Position numbers and translations under genes: made by a program. Of a DNA stretch of 64,000 bases, positions 36,859 through 50,598 are shown piece after piece. The notes below the pieces were generated by a model. That model searched no databases. It saw only the letters and a list, made by a program, of their open reading frames with translations, and was not told the DNA's origin. The first letter of the stretch is position 1. Each line of letters begins with the position of its first letter. Origin of the DNA: Marsupella aquatica. Its lineage: Eukaryota; Plantae; Marchantiophyta. The stretch is from NCBI GenBank assembly GCA_973895155.1, contig OZ316891.1, positions 20,782,169 to 20,846,168 on the forward strand, in the 5' to 3' direction.

Positions 36859-39800
36859 GTTGGCGGGTCTTCCTTCGCGAACAAATGGGTCCAGCATACG
36901 CGTTCATACAGAGCCAGGACTTGAAGTATCGAGTCTCGACAGCATACGAAGTCTTGAGTCTCGACGTCTGCAAGAGCCGGAAAAGGGCTTAACTTCTTTT
37001 GTAGGGCACCTGATGAAGGACTTCCCTCTCTACCCATCCCGCGCGTGCATTTGATGCTGCCTCGACCCATTTTTATGGTCGATTCAGACGGACCTTCAGC
37101 GTCACACATTTGAACTTCTGCCAAAACCCTATTTTTACCGATAGAAGGGTCCAATGATAAATGGAGCAGGGTCTGTTTAGGACCATAGATTTGAAGCACA
37201 CGGATTGAAATCCACGGTCTTTTTTATTCGAGAAGATTTGACAGGGGTTCCTATTTTACCAATGAAAGAGGACGTATTCCGATGACTTTTTCTCCGCCGT
37301 GCTGTCACGAGTCTAGCTTTCCTTTTTAACATTTCAATCCCGATTTTGATGGGAGTCTTGTATAATCTAATATATATGAGGGTGCGCACTGCAAAATACG
37401 GCGGACGATTTGGAGGAATGATGAAATGAGATTCAATGCGCGGCCCAGTAAAGTTAGGCAGCACAAGCTGGAAGAAGCTTTCATTTTCTTTCAAAGGAAG
37501 TCTGTTTCGATTCACGAATGCCCCGGATGAGAGCTCAAAGCTCAAGCTATGGAACTGCTGGATCAACCATTGGTGGCACACAGTTAGAAAGAAAGGCTTA
37601 GAACAGTTCTCTCCGCTCATGGTGGATGACCTATATGTTCGAAAAATCTCTATCTTGCCGAGCGGACATTCACTACTGTCACTCGTGCTGGTCTAGGAAT
37701 GAGAAAATTGCTGCGCTACATGAATTAAAACCCGATTTCTGTGCCTGAGTTATTGATTCGTGGGTGCACTTCCAGTCAATACGAGCGTCGTTAGTTGAAT
37801 TGGACTCCCTGTTATTTGTTGGGAAAAAGAATGGAAAGATAAAAACATTGCTATAGTTAGAAAGAGAAGATATCCATTATTTAGAACCAGTCTGAACAGA
37901 CCGTGAACGTTAGTGAGACAGTCAGTGAGTAATAATGGCATGAGCAATAAGCAGTTACGCTCTTCAGTATCTCGGTTGAAAACTGGCTCGAATTGGCGAC
38001 GTTGGGAGTCAGTCACCTACTCTAACATCGCTCGGAGCAGTTCCCGCATTGCGAGTGTAGTCCACGCGATCACTGCCCTCTTTCGAGTTTTATATGAGTG
38101 CAACTGAAGCTCAAGAAGAGTACGCCATACTGAATATAACGAACAACTCTCTGCAACGAGGACGGCTGCCGTGCAATGCATTTGTGTTTATGTCGGCGCA
38201 TGCAGATAGGACGGGCTGTAGCTGGCCAAATTCAGCTCATCAGTCCTATAGTACAGAACCTTGTACATGGCGATTGAGCAGGTCTAGAAAGAGATAAATG
38301 GAAAATGAAGAGAAGAGGCAAAACCGTCAGCAGTATAAGTGTGGTATGCCAGATCGTTGTGTGGACATGGTTTCTAGGAGAAGAGAAAACTTTAGCAGTC
38401 CTGACAAAACTCTCCTCTAGACGGCAAGGTTTCAGGAAAGCTTCACTAGCCGGCATCGGCGTGGAGAAGCTGATCATGTTATCTCCTTAACTTTAATCTG
38501 CGTTGCTCTCTCCTATTGCAATCTTCTTCGACTGAGTTTGCGTTGATTCAACTCGTCTATATCTACCTTGCCATCGGTGAGACAAGCAGCGCCGCTCTGT
38601 ACTCACCCTCATCAGCCTCCACTTTCTCTCGTGTTTGTGCAGTAGAAGAGACTGTTTCAAACATAGTACTGATAGTACTGTCAAATGAATTGGATGGCCA
38701 AAGATCTTCCACAACTATATTCCTGCCTAGCTCCGCTTCGGGAAACCTCCATTTCTGTTGAATCGACTTCTGCTCCTCAAGTTCTCTTACTCGCTGACCA
38801 GCTAGTGGACACTGCTATCTTGTATCTGGTTTCCGTGGACCCTATTGAGCCTCTCTGGACTAGCAACTATTCATCCATTATTGATTCATTTTCTCACCAC
38901 GACGGCTCCTGTTCGATGCCCTCGCAAAGGTTTCGAGTACCAGCCTGTTTTTGTGTACTTCAGTACACAAAAATTCACTGATCCTCCTCCTGCCAATTCT
39001 TCCTCAGGTTCTGCAGAATTACGTTGAAGTCCACGTTGGGAGCGCTAGGAAGAGGAACTGATGACTCAATCCATCTACTCGTCTGCAGTACGAGAAACTC
39101 CATACAGTAGCTTACCAGTGTGGCAGTCAGCAGCACCCAGCAGTAGAGGGAGCAGACGGAGAGCAAAGACACGTCTTCTGGAGGGTCCTTCAGAAATTGT
39201 CAGTGGGAAGTCATTATTATCGTGCAGAGACCTCGTCCAAGCAGTGATTCCTACCACTTCATGCCAGAAGAATCACAGGTCCACTATGTACCGTGCGTAT
39301 CGAGTGCCAGGCGAATCATCCGTCCACTATGTACCGTGTGCGCAGAGGCATAAAGGTCCGTTGACGGACCTTCTCCTGTAGTACTATCCACACGTCCATC
39401 GTTCTGCCCGTCCGTCAGCAGGAGTACCCACAAAAGGTCCACATTTCGAGCAATATTCGGGAAGACCGGAGCTGGGCTTCCCCTGCGCAAGGGAAAGTAC
39501 ATCACCAGCCGGCATAGTATACAGTAATCAAGCTTGGCTGATACTTGATACTCGAGACCATCACTCCTTCCCACGGTGATAGAATGACTAGCTCTGACGA
39601 TTCGTACGGTGCTGGATGTCTGTTACGAGGGATTAATTATTCCAGGCAAGCTTTTTCAGGAAGCCACAAGTTTCAATCATCTCACCCTTCGCACGTATAC
39701 CACAGAATCCACCTCATTAATTTCACAGCTGAAGAGGAGACAAGGCGCTGAGAAGATTAGCAGGCAGCAGCAAGTTTCTCACTCGGAATTTAGTTGAACC

Positions 39801-42300
39801 GCGTTTAGGAGAAGCAGAGTCAACACACTGATGGCGAAAGGATTAGAATGAATTTCCAGGTCAGACAACCAGACACAGGGAAATCCAGCGTACCGTAACA
39901 TAACCAATGCTTTCTGCCTGGAATGAATTGCGGCCTTTGCAAATTCGGAGCAGCAGGAATAGCAGCCTAGGGGTAGGAATATAATTATGTTGTCGTGTAG
40001 GAAGCTAGTGAGCAACCTACTTACTCGATTGTGGTCCTATGCCGAACCGTTGCAGTACGGTGACTTACTCTCTGCTTCTGTACTTGAAGAAGAGGCATTG
40101 CTGCCTGCGTGCATGCAATGCCAAATGAATGAATGCTAAGCGAGCAAGAGAATGCCAACCTGCACCTGCATGCAAGCAAGCACGCACAACACGCACAGCA
40201 CATGAATGCCAAACGAGCAAAGCAGTATGGAGGAAATTACTGTGTCTAGGCCAAGTTCGCAAAGGAAGGGAGGAGTAACTGCGGATGTCTGTCTGACTCT
40301 CTGCAATGCATTGCATTGTTGGTACCACTCACTCTGAGTTGTGGTCGCTGAAACTCAAAATATTGGAATCGGATTCTGCATTGTAATCCAATCGCAACTG
40401 CTTCGCATCGCAGTTGACCGGCAGATCTGGAATTGATTTCCGACCCGATTTGTTGATCGCTTAGTGTCTAGCAATGAGATTCATCCGAGGTGTGCAGATA
40501 TGGAAACGAAGTTAAAAATAGGAATCGAATCGCATGACCAGGTACAGATTTGAGTGGGGAACGCTACACCACACGAAAGATCTTGGCAGGCCATGCATAA
40601 CTTCTAGTGGTCCGAAGTCTTTTTACTCATTATATTTCTGAAACGGCGGCGAACCGTTACATTTCCGTCTCATTTGATAATCTATATCGCTGCTTTGCAA
40701 ATTGCAAGTCCGTCTAAATATTGGCGACTTCTGCATGTCTGCAGATCGTTCCAGGTTTAGAACTTAAGCGTGTACCCTGTTAAATGCAATGTCATCAAGG
40801 TTGAATTACTCGTTATCCTAGCATCCTCTTTCTCGAGTAGAAGGAGGGAGACTATAATTTCCAAATTAAAACTTGACAACACAGTGTTTCGCGTATTATG
40901 CACTGCACTTGATGTTGGCCAGAACGGTGTTGGCCATAGCCAGCTAAAACTCCCACCACCGTCTATGAGATTAGTGTTCTGTTCCCTTTGTCCAAGTAAA
41001 GGCGAGCTTAAAGCATTCTCAGAGGTTTACGCTCTTAAAAGCGTGGGACTTTCCTTCAATTCTCGCTAGCAGTGTCAATTCATTTTCAAGTGGTAGAGGT
41101 TTACGCTCTTAAGGAGCGTGGGACTTTCCTTCAATCTCATATCCATTCTCGCTAGCAGTGTCAATTCATTTTCAAGTGGTTGTTAAAGATGTTTTCTTAA
41201 ATCTCTTTGTTTTTGTTGTCATGGGTGTACATGTCTTGATAACAGACTATCTTGGACACCCTCAGCTCTTCCAAGATGCCCTTATCAGCTAGATCGTATC
41301 CATTCGCTGGGAGTGTGAATAACAACAGCCTGTACTAATTGATTGAGTTCCTGGGACATTTTGTCCCATTTTGAGTTCACTTCGAGTCCAGACGTGTGGA
41401 GAGAAGTAGAGCGTGGTTCACGTTGGGATCCTAATAGTAATCCTGCTTTTGTTGAAATTCCCATGAATACACCATCATTATTGTAGTTGGACAGAAATCC
41501 TTTCTGCTTGCTCGGAAACCAAGTAGCACATCAGTCCGATTGGAAACTCTAGCGTTGTCGTAAAACGCTCCCTCGTAACCTGCGTATAACCTTCATTTGG
41601 GATCCGAATAGAGGATCTGTACATTTTGTCTCTGTCAGGTCGCTTACGATTTCATCTATCAAAATACTTGCTGGTCACCGGTATGAGTTTACTAAGTTCT
41701 GTCACGCACGACAAGGGCGTGAGATTTCTCCTAAAGACAAAACCTTGTTCTAGACGTGAGCTGCGCAGTATCGGTTTAAATCGTGGGGGATAATGGAAAT
41801 TTGAACTCCATTTTCTCAGTGCATGTCAAAATGTTTCTTTTAGTAACGATGCGTACCGACGGCACTGAAAAGAGTAATAACTAAGAACTCACTGACACCC
41901 CCATTCGCTTGCTCATCACATATCAAATCCTTCAGGTACTCCATGAGTCGGGTCGTGACTCATTCGTTAACTTCAATCATGAATTCTCTTCATGATTTGA
42001 AGTGGCCTCGGGAGTGAATTGGAGAATAGGACAATCCGGTTTTTACGACTCAGTTGCAACTGGAAATGCTTACATCTCAAATTGCGCACGAGAGAAGGGC
42101 CGAGAATTGGTGTGGACATATATGCCACTTCAGATACCCCATCTTGGCACAGTAGAGACAGATGACTATATCAGGAGGGTTTCATACCCTGGATAGATAC
42201 TGCAAAAGACTCGTCATCTTTGCAGAAGACCAATTCCTCTTACCACAGAAACAGTGCCGTCGTTGAGTATACAAATGTGGTCAAATTTCTACAAGCAGCT

Positions 42301-42410
42301 GCTTGTTGAGCAATTAACTCTCACAAGACTGCCTCAGCTACAATGCAATTTTTACGCTTGTTGAGCAATTAACTCTCACAAGACTGCCTCAGCTACAATG
42401 CAATTTTTAC
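42301..42410. repeat. 55-bp tandem duplication downstream of the TTL gene
   Basis: GCTTGTTGAGCAATTAACTCTCACAAGACTGCCTCAGCTACAATGCAATTTTTAC x2. Confidence 0.85.
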
Positions 42411-42653
42411 AATTAAGGTTCCTAAATTTTGCTATGCTATTGGATCAGGGATCTAGTCTACACTACATCCGCTACAATTTTGTGACAGCATGTAAGGATC
42501 AGCTATTCAATCCTAGACAATTTTGGTGAGTCGTTGGCCTAAACTACATCTACAAAAAGTAGACTTCATAAATATTTTTTAACATCAATGGCAAGCATAG
42601 GGCTCACTTATTTTCTAAACAAGAATTGCCAATTAGGCGCTGCAGGCATTGAG

Positions 42654-45600
42654 CTAGGAGCTGAACGTATTTATAGCCCGCTCTAAATCTTCCTGGGTTG
42701 GCCCAGCTAGCTCCTTCGTTTTTGAGCCATTCTTATATATTTTGAAAGTGGGCACAAAACTCACATTTTCCGATTTCGATAGATAAGGCTGGTCATCGAC
42801 GTCCACCTGAAAAGGAGCAGAGTTGAACAATCAATGAATTCTGCCTCGACAATATCCAAATTGCCTTTGCAAATCCCACTCTAACAGATAGATATGCACC
42901 CAGACGAGGAATGTAAGACAATCTACAGCTATTAGAAAAGGCAACGCATTCAGAACCAGTATGGCATAAATATGTACTACTTCGTGTATAGTAAGACTAA
43001 AGTACCTTTATGAAAGTTATGGAGAGGTATCGTTTGCAAAGACCTTCGACAAAGGGCGTCATATCTCTGCACCGCTCACTCCATCTCGTACTGAACTGAA
43101 CTACTGCCAATCCTGAACGGACACGAGATAGAGAATGAGATATTCTTCCTCATGACCCATCCTTTTGTATCTAAATTCCTACCAGTCTGTAAGACCTGGT
43201 GAAATTGTACGAAGAGCTCACAACTGATTGTTGTGAAACGCAGAGCAAAAGTAGTCCGGAGAGCAACGTCTGAGCTTGGAATTCAAAAACTTAATGTCAA
43301 GATGATATCATGGCCATGGTACAAACCTGGTGCAGTAATTGCTTCTTGATACTGATCGTTTGCGGTAATCTCCAAAATATCCCCTCCGAATCTCCGAATC
43401 TTGTAAGTATCTTCACCCTTGGACTTCTTCAGAGAAACTTGAACGTCAAAGAGAGCACGGGCTACTTCCGCATCCCCGGGACATTCTCTCCGTAAGATTT
43501 CGTAGTCCCTGGAAGCATCTTCCCAACGCTCCAACTGCAAACGATACATTCAAAAGAGTAAGACCCCTGCACTGTCAAATATGCCAAATGAAGACTCCAT
43601 TTTGAAAAGAATCAAGGTTCATCCACGCTATCCATTCACCGCACTGACGCAAAGCTAGTAACGTTGGTGGCCCGCCGGGAATGCGGCATTCCAGGTAGGC
43701 CATATCTCAATACCCACCTTTGCATATGACTGCGCTCGTCTTAAGAGGGCTTTCGTATAGTTCGGTTGCTCTTCTAGTGCTGCATTGCTATCTTCAACAG
43801 CCTTCTCCCATTGATTCAATTTTGATCGGCATGCTGCACGGTTGCACAACAATACTGCATTTTGGGGAGCAGATTCTAAGCCTTCTCCGTAGGCTATCAC
43901 TGCCTCTGAAAACTTTCCCGCTTTGAAAAGATCATTGCCAACTTTCCTTGCCTTCGCAACAGTCTTTGCCTTCCTCAGTAGAACAGTTGCTGTCACGTCA
44001 TTTGGTGCACACTGAGACGCCTTCTCAGCTGCTGCGACTGCATTATCAAATCTGCGATTGTAACGCATAATAGCTGTCAGTTGCCACTAAGGACAATCGG
44101 ATCGAAGGGACAATCATCGTGGTCTACTTTAGAAGAATTTATTTCTAAATAGGTGACAAACTCGTAAATTTCAAGGATCGCACAAGACTTGAATGAATTT
44201 AGATCCACTCAATGATCAGCTAACGCAGTACCTTCCGAGGGCCATATCAACCTGCGCCTGTACAAGAAGGACCATACTATAACTCTGTGCAAGGGATGTT
44301 CGCTTCATCGCATCCTCGAATCTGCGAACGTTTGCCATGACGGAGTCTGCCTCTTCTGGTTTGTGAAGCTTCATCAGTGCCTCAGCCTTGTAAGCCATTA
44401 CCTGCAAAAAATACAAGACGTTAGGTCACGAAACTTAAACGCACACTTTCGCATGCTTTCCAGATATGCAACTAACTGTATTGCTTTTGCTAAGGCCAAG
44501 GAGAGACAGACATGAATGAGTACAGTAGAATTCAGAGTGTAAGTAACCCTGGGAAAAAGCCGAGGATTGTACCAGAGGCGAACAATCTGCTCCTGCTATT
44601 ATTGTAGCATCGGTTTCTCTTAATACATTTTGCCAGTCCTGTGATTTCCTAGCGTCCTTGCACTTCCAAATATGCTTCTCAATCGCCAGACTCCGTTGGG
44701 TATCTGTCCACTCCGTCTGCGAACCAGCCGCCCTGAAGTGTCTTGTGGCATTGTCTACCTGCCCTAACCTGAATCACGCCATTTGACCACTCAGTAAATT
44801 TGACCTGTTGGTCTCCTCCCCTGTCAAGGTTGGGCACACGGGATAGTGCCTGCATTTCTGTTCAAGCATTTGACCTTTACACTCTACGAGCTAACTAAGT
44901 TTACACCAACCAGCCTCCACAGGGATTTGCGTCCCGCAAATTCATCAACCTGTACCCACAGTTTGTTCTCATCTTAGAGCGGAACAACTTATAGTGGAAA
45001 CAGACAGGCAAAGCCTTGTTTTAAGGAATCCCGCTGCTTGCGTGCTCGCTCGGGCAATGTCTGTGTCCTCGGAGCAATGCAACCAATCAAAGAAATACGC
45101 GTGGCATGTTCACAATCTGACTCTCTGCTCTGTAATCTTCGAACAGATCAAATGAGATTGCAAGGAAAGAAGTGGAGGACGACTCAGAGACAAGGAAAGA
45201 AAGCAATGCACTTCGTACCTAAGATACAAGGTGGCCAGCCGATGATGAGCACGAGAATACGAGGGATCCAGACGGATTGCATGGTGGCACTCTTGGACTG
45301 CCTCAGGAAGCCGCCCAAGCCCTGTCAAAGCTGCTGCTCGATTACTCCGATAGGCAGCTTTCTCAGGTGCCAAAGAGATAGCCTTGTCATACAAATTGAG
45401 AGCCTCAGTAAAATATCCCTTCTTGTACTGGTCGTTCCCAGCGTTCTTAACGAGCTCTGAATCCATGCTTGCCAGAACGTTTCTAATCACCAAGTTGTCG
45501 CTGACCCTTCCGGGCTTGAGGTTGTCAGCACACTGAGGTGAGCCGTAAGCTGACCCACTTGGGCTCGTCGACAGAGAATTTCTCGGACTAGCTCCCACAT

Positions 45601-46657
45601 TAGCTCCGGTGTATGGTCCAACGTTACCAGGCTCAGATCCACTTCGAACATGAGCAGCAGCCTTTTCATTTCCTGCAGCATAGTCCCAGGAGTTGGACCT
45701 CCGGCTACCCTTGAGAGAACCTGAAGTTGGGGAAGGAACTGGTGCATGCCCACTTGCTGCACCATTGTTGTGGACTCCCCTGCCACTGATGGAAGCAGCT
45801 GGATTAGTGATGGGAGACGTACCAGCCTTCACAGGCCCCCCGTGTGGAAGAATGTTCCCAAAATTCATAATCCTCCCTACAGTGGGACTGCCTCCAGAAG
45901 AACTTCCGCCGCTGGAGCTACTGCCAATGGATTTCGGGCTCTCTGCTCTGGGACTCCGGCCTTTGCTGCTCGCACTACTAGAATCCAAATCCGATGATTT
46001 GAGACCACCACCACTGGAATTATCGTCACACAAGTTTCCCACCCCCTTGATGATCTCACCGAAAGCGAACCCATCCGCATGAATTCCCTTCACGTGGATC
46101 CTCTCGTTGGAGAGCTCTCCACTGCTTTTGCGGCTGATGTTGTGGTTGTGAAATGGTGGCGTCCCTGCAGTGAAGAGCTCTCCACTACTTTTGCGACTGG
46201 GTTGCAGATTCCTATTTGCACCGATTTGAACGCCTCCTTTGGTGGTCTGCTGAACCGGACTGACTTCAGGAGTGGTGAAACCTGGACTCTGACCCATCAT
46301 CCCTCCAGTAGACCTCCGTCGCTCGATTCCGGGTCCACCCGAATTTGCCCCAAACCCAAACCCGTTTCCGTTAGGAGATTCGGACTTGAAGCCCCCACGA
46401 GCTGCTTTCAGACCACTGTCTAGGCGAAATCCGTCTTTGGATTGATTTTCCTGAGCAAAATTCTCCACCCCATTCAAACGATTGTGGATCACATTGCTGT
46501 AGTCTCCAGCTCTGTGGTAGCTCGGACCACTCGGCATGGGGTCCACGTGACCATTCCCTATGGTTGCCCCATAAAGGTGTCCACTGAAAATGCCACCGTA
46601 CAAGTCGAATCGGGTGTTACCACCATGCTTCTTCACGTCTGCCTGGCATTGGGCCAT
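42654..46657 (-). CDS. TTL: TPR repeat-containing thioredoxin-like protein (TTL family); exons 46657-45219, 44768-44573, 44401-44232, 44051-43718, 43534-43327, 43112-43006, 42806-42654
   Basis: Ser/Gly-rich N-terminus followed by TPRs ([42 protein letters not shown]; [22 protein letters not shown]; [11 protein letters not shown]). The C-terminal thioredoxin-like domain has WSERC instead of WCGPC and ends [21 protein letters not shown]. All six introns are GT-AG and phase-consistent. The start codon is less certain. Confidence 0.93.
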
Positions 46658-47879
46658 CTTGCATGTGAACTGAAAAGAATTCTGTAATACGCGAGGACCA
46701 AATTCCTTGAATGTGACCAACCCGTCTGGTCGGGATTCAGAGAAAATTACTCGTCTCTCTCGCCCTCTCTGTCAGATACTGCACCTAAGGAGATCAGATA
46801 AATAGAGAATGACCGTCGACAAACGCTTCCAGTGTACATCAATGTACAGTTCCTCGAGTTACATAGAGCAGCGATCAACGTAAGAGATGGAATCTCATCT
46901 CGAGAGTGCGTGACGTTTAGGGGACTCAGAATGGAGTGACGGCGTAAACGAGAAGAAAGTCACCAAAGCAGAGACCACTCCTCCGTCTTAAATGACCCTC
47001 CCTTGCAGTCTCCCAGCTCCTCACCGTTGGCAATGCCTTCTGGATGACGCTCAGAAAGACGTAAATCCAAAGTGTCCGGAGTCAAAGTCCTCTTTCTCTT
47101 CTTCGCTCCTCTGAAGGGAAAAGAAATTACGGAGAGTGAGTTCGCTGCAAGCTACCAACCGGTGTGGCAAGGAGGAGATCCACCAGCCAGCCAGACAGTC
47201 AGTCCGTTCCACAGGCAGGTAGCACCGGCAAGGGATTGCCAATCGAGCTAGAGTTCAGTCCATGAACTGGAGTGGATTACACTCTCCGACGCATTGGGCT
47301 AGAGTCCTCCTCTCTCCAGCACCGACATGCACGTAGCCACAACGGCAGTTCAACAATTGTGAAAGACGCATTTACAGCACAGAAGAATTCATACATATCG
47401 AAGTCTCTTATCGAATCTAGATAGAGACCAGCAGGAGCAACGCCAATTTGGCTTGAGCTTGCGCAGGTCAGAGGAGGGTGCGATTTATCGGCAGCCAGCA
47501 CAACTGAGGCCGGAGGTGTTGAATGATGATAAGTAATGACTTCCCCTGGATCGGAATGGTGCAGGTAGATGATGATAAATGGTTGCGCGGATTCTCGCCC
47601 AACCCAAAATCCCAGAGTATGAGAATAGTCAGTGACTCGGACAAACCGGGCAATCAATCCGGCAGCAGCAGGAGGAGGGACGGATTGTGTTCTGTATCGG
47701 TCAATGTGCTCTGCAGGCAGTGCATGTGAAGTGCCGTCGGGTTGTTGCGCCACTCAAAGCCTGTCACAGACTGCTCGACCGAACAGAAGAGAGACAGAGA
47801 GAATCTGCACCTCTATCCCACAAATTTGAAGCAATGCCCTGCGGAATGAAGATCCTGTACCGCTACAAACGATCCGGCG

Positions 47880-48255
47880 ACGGAAAGGGAGAGAGGGAGA
47901 GAGGGAGAGAGAGAGAACCCCGAACGATTCACTCTCTGCCGTGGCTCCGATCGGAGGAGCAAGAGGAGGGAAGATATCAGCTGCCGTGCTGCCGTAGCTC
48001 GAATGTAGTCGACTCACAGTAGTATTAGATTCACAAGTCTGTTGTCAAGCGCTTCTCTACATCATCAGAATGCGAGGGCGAAGAAGGGACGAGAAGAGAG
48101 GAGAAGGGAGGAGAAGCTCTCGTCTCTGAGTGAGAATGAGTGAGTTAGTCAATCAATGAGTGAGGAGCATGAGGGATGTCGATCCCAACCAATCCAATCG
48201 AAGAAGAAAGTGAGGAGAGGAGACGAGACGAGACGAGACGAGACGAGACGAGTGA
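47880..48255. promoter_or_regulatory. GA-rich / (GAGAC)n tract in the probable 5' UTR-promoter region of TTL
   Basis: GAGA tracts at 47886-47915 and (GAGAC)n at ~48220-48250, upstream of the minus-strand gene. A regulatory role is inferred only. Confidence 0.35.
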
Positions 48256-48525
48256 GAACGGGGAGGACGGGAGGTGTCTATACTCTATACTCCACTGCGG
48301 CAGGGAACAAGAAAGAAGCGGAGAAGGGTGGGCGTTAACGAATCATCAGCAGTAGAAGCAGAAGCAGGCGAGGGAGAGGTGACATGCTGGATTCTGCGTG
48401 CTGTCGTATGCTCGCCGATGTCACGGTGTTTGCTCGCTGGCTGTGAGCTAGAGCTAGCTTGCTACCTAGCTCAGCACCTACGTACGTATGTGCGTGCGTG
48501 CGAGCGAGCGAGAGCATCAATGCAC

Positions 48526-48730
48526 CGCAGCAAAGCAGAGCAGCAAAGCAAAGCAGAGCAGCAAAGCAGAGGAGCAAAGCAGAGCAGAGCAGAGGAGCAA
48601 AGCAGACGAGCAAAGCCAAAGCAGAGGAGCAAAGCAATGGAGCAAAGCACAGCAGAGGAACAAAGCACAGCAGAGGAGCAAAGCAGAGGAGCAAAGGAGC
48701 AAAGCACAGGAGAGGAGCAAAGCAAAGCTG
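48526..48730. repeat. AGCAA/AGCAG/AGG compound microsatellite
   Basis: Runs of AGCAAAGCAGAGG-type units. Confidence 0.85.
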
Positions 48731-49690
48731 GAAAACGAGGAAGAAGCAAAGGTCAGGATGCTTTCTCATGAGGAACGTACTGTAGTTATTAATTTTTTTC
48801 GAGCATCTATTTGCGTCTATTTGTGTCATGCGTCCCCTAATTGCACCATCAAAACTGTGATAATGTACAATATTACTGATAAATACAAATATTTTAAATC
48901 ACTGGCTACTACTTTACATACTTATGGTGTAGAGTTTTTTTAATTTTTATGTGTTTAAAAAAATTAATTAAGGAGAATATGTGAAGCCTCACACAAAATG
49001 AATAATCAATCACAACGTTTTGAACCCAATAACTATACATCTACACTCGAGTGAGTTGTCACACAACGTCTAGACTGTATAGTGTATAATTTTATGTATG
49101 GGGGTATGGGGGTGCAGCGAGAGCATTAAGGCACCAAAGCAAAGGAGCAAACTAAATCTGCAAAGCTGGAAAACGAGGCTCAAGTGAGTTATCACACAAC
49201 CATGTCTCTCAAGACTATATAGCGTATAATTTCTATGTATCGGGGTGCAGCGAGAGCATTAAGGCACCAAAGTAAAGGAGCAAAGTAAACCTGCAAAGCT
49301 GGAAAAGGAGGAAGAAGCTAGACAATATGCTTTTTCATAAGGAACACAGTTTATGTTATTAGAGTATCTATTTGCCTAATGGGTTGCCTCCAATTGCACA
49401 TCAAAATGTGACTTCATATCATATATCCAAATATACTATATCACTTCATATCATGATAAATCCAAATATTTTAATTTTTTGAGTACTAATTTTAATAAGG
49501 ATGTAGGATGTAGGACTATCAAGGCACCAAAGCAAACTAAGGACCACAGCAGAGGAGCAAATGAAGCCACAAAGCTGGAAAACAAGGAAGAAGCAAGGAC
49601 GGGATGCTTTCTCATGATATTAGAGCATCTAATTATATGCCTCATGCATCCCCCCCCCCCCCTAATTGCACATCAAACTGTGACATATAA
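48718..49690 (+). repeat. Locally repeated element fragments, about 4 copies
   Basis: CAAAGCTGGAAAA(C/G)(G/A)AGG, mostly followed by AAGAAGC..ATGCTTT, recurs near 48723, 49161, 49294 and 49570. Confidence 0.6.
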
Positions 49691-50598
49691 TTCTTTTGAA
49701 TCTTTGAGCACTATTCTAAATAGGTATGTAGGTGTAAATTTTTATGTGCGATTACCAGGATGCCACCTATATTTAGGAAACTGGCTAATCAAAGAAAAGT
49801 GGAGGTTTGAGGGAGTTTAGCTCCTCCCTAAAATAACAAAGACTTTTTAGTGTGGTGGGATTTGGCACATTTTTGCCACACAAAGATGTGTTGGAGGGTA
49901 GGGAAGGATAACCTGTTGCAAAGTCCTGTAGTTAGAGCATTCACAGTCCAGCCGGGAGCGAGTATAGCAAGACAAACCGGCAGGCCCAGTTTTGGATCTC
50001 CCACCTCTGCCCTGGTCTGCACACCTCAATGTTGCAGCCCAGCATATTTCATGGCAAGGCTGGCACTCCTGCCCTCTGTTATGGCAGGACATAGCCAGCC
50101 AACACCAATAGATGACTGTGATTGGCCTTCTCATTTTTTAACTTCTCTGCATAGGCAAATGCAAGAAAATGTTCATCTCAAAATGGCAAGATGGGTAGGG
50201 CTGCTTGGTGGGCACCAATGGGAGTGCTCTCATAACTCTACCACAGACAGTTTATATTACATCTTACCCTGAGGAGAGTTTGTGTTAACTCCCAAACGGA
50301 TTTTGGGTTTTCCAATAACAGTGATGTTCGTGAAGGTTTACATTATCTACACTACAATAAGGGATCACTTTTTTAGTCTTTTGTCCCAATACAAAAAAGG
50401 TTTTGGGTAGGAAAGATACACAATTGTTGGATTCCATTAGTTATTTTTCTTGATCATTGATGAAGAAAATGTACACCCTTGGAACATATGTACTTCTCGC
50501 TGCCCCATAAATACCCTGGCCCGACTCCCTATGGGCCGACCCTGGTTGCACATTGCAACACACTAACATAGGGCTCGGGAACTAATAATACTAGCCTA

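Noticed and set aside
45038-46687. Plus-strand ORFs overlapping TTL exon 1
   Set aside because: They are antisense shadows of the real coding exon.
47277-47753. 158-aa minus-strand ORF upstream of TTL
   Set aside because: No recognisable motif; it probably lies in the 5' UTR or an intron. I cannot support it as a CDS or uORF.
48274-48943. Several ORFs over 100 aa (AEQQSK / LLCFAP repeats)
   Set aside because: They arise from the AGCAA/AGCAG microsatellite.
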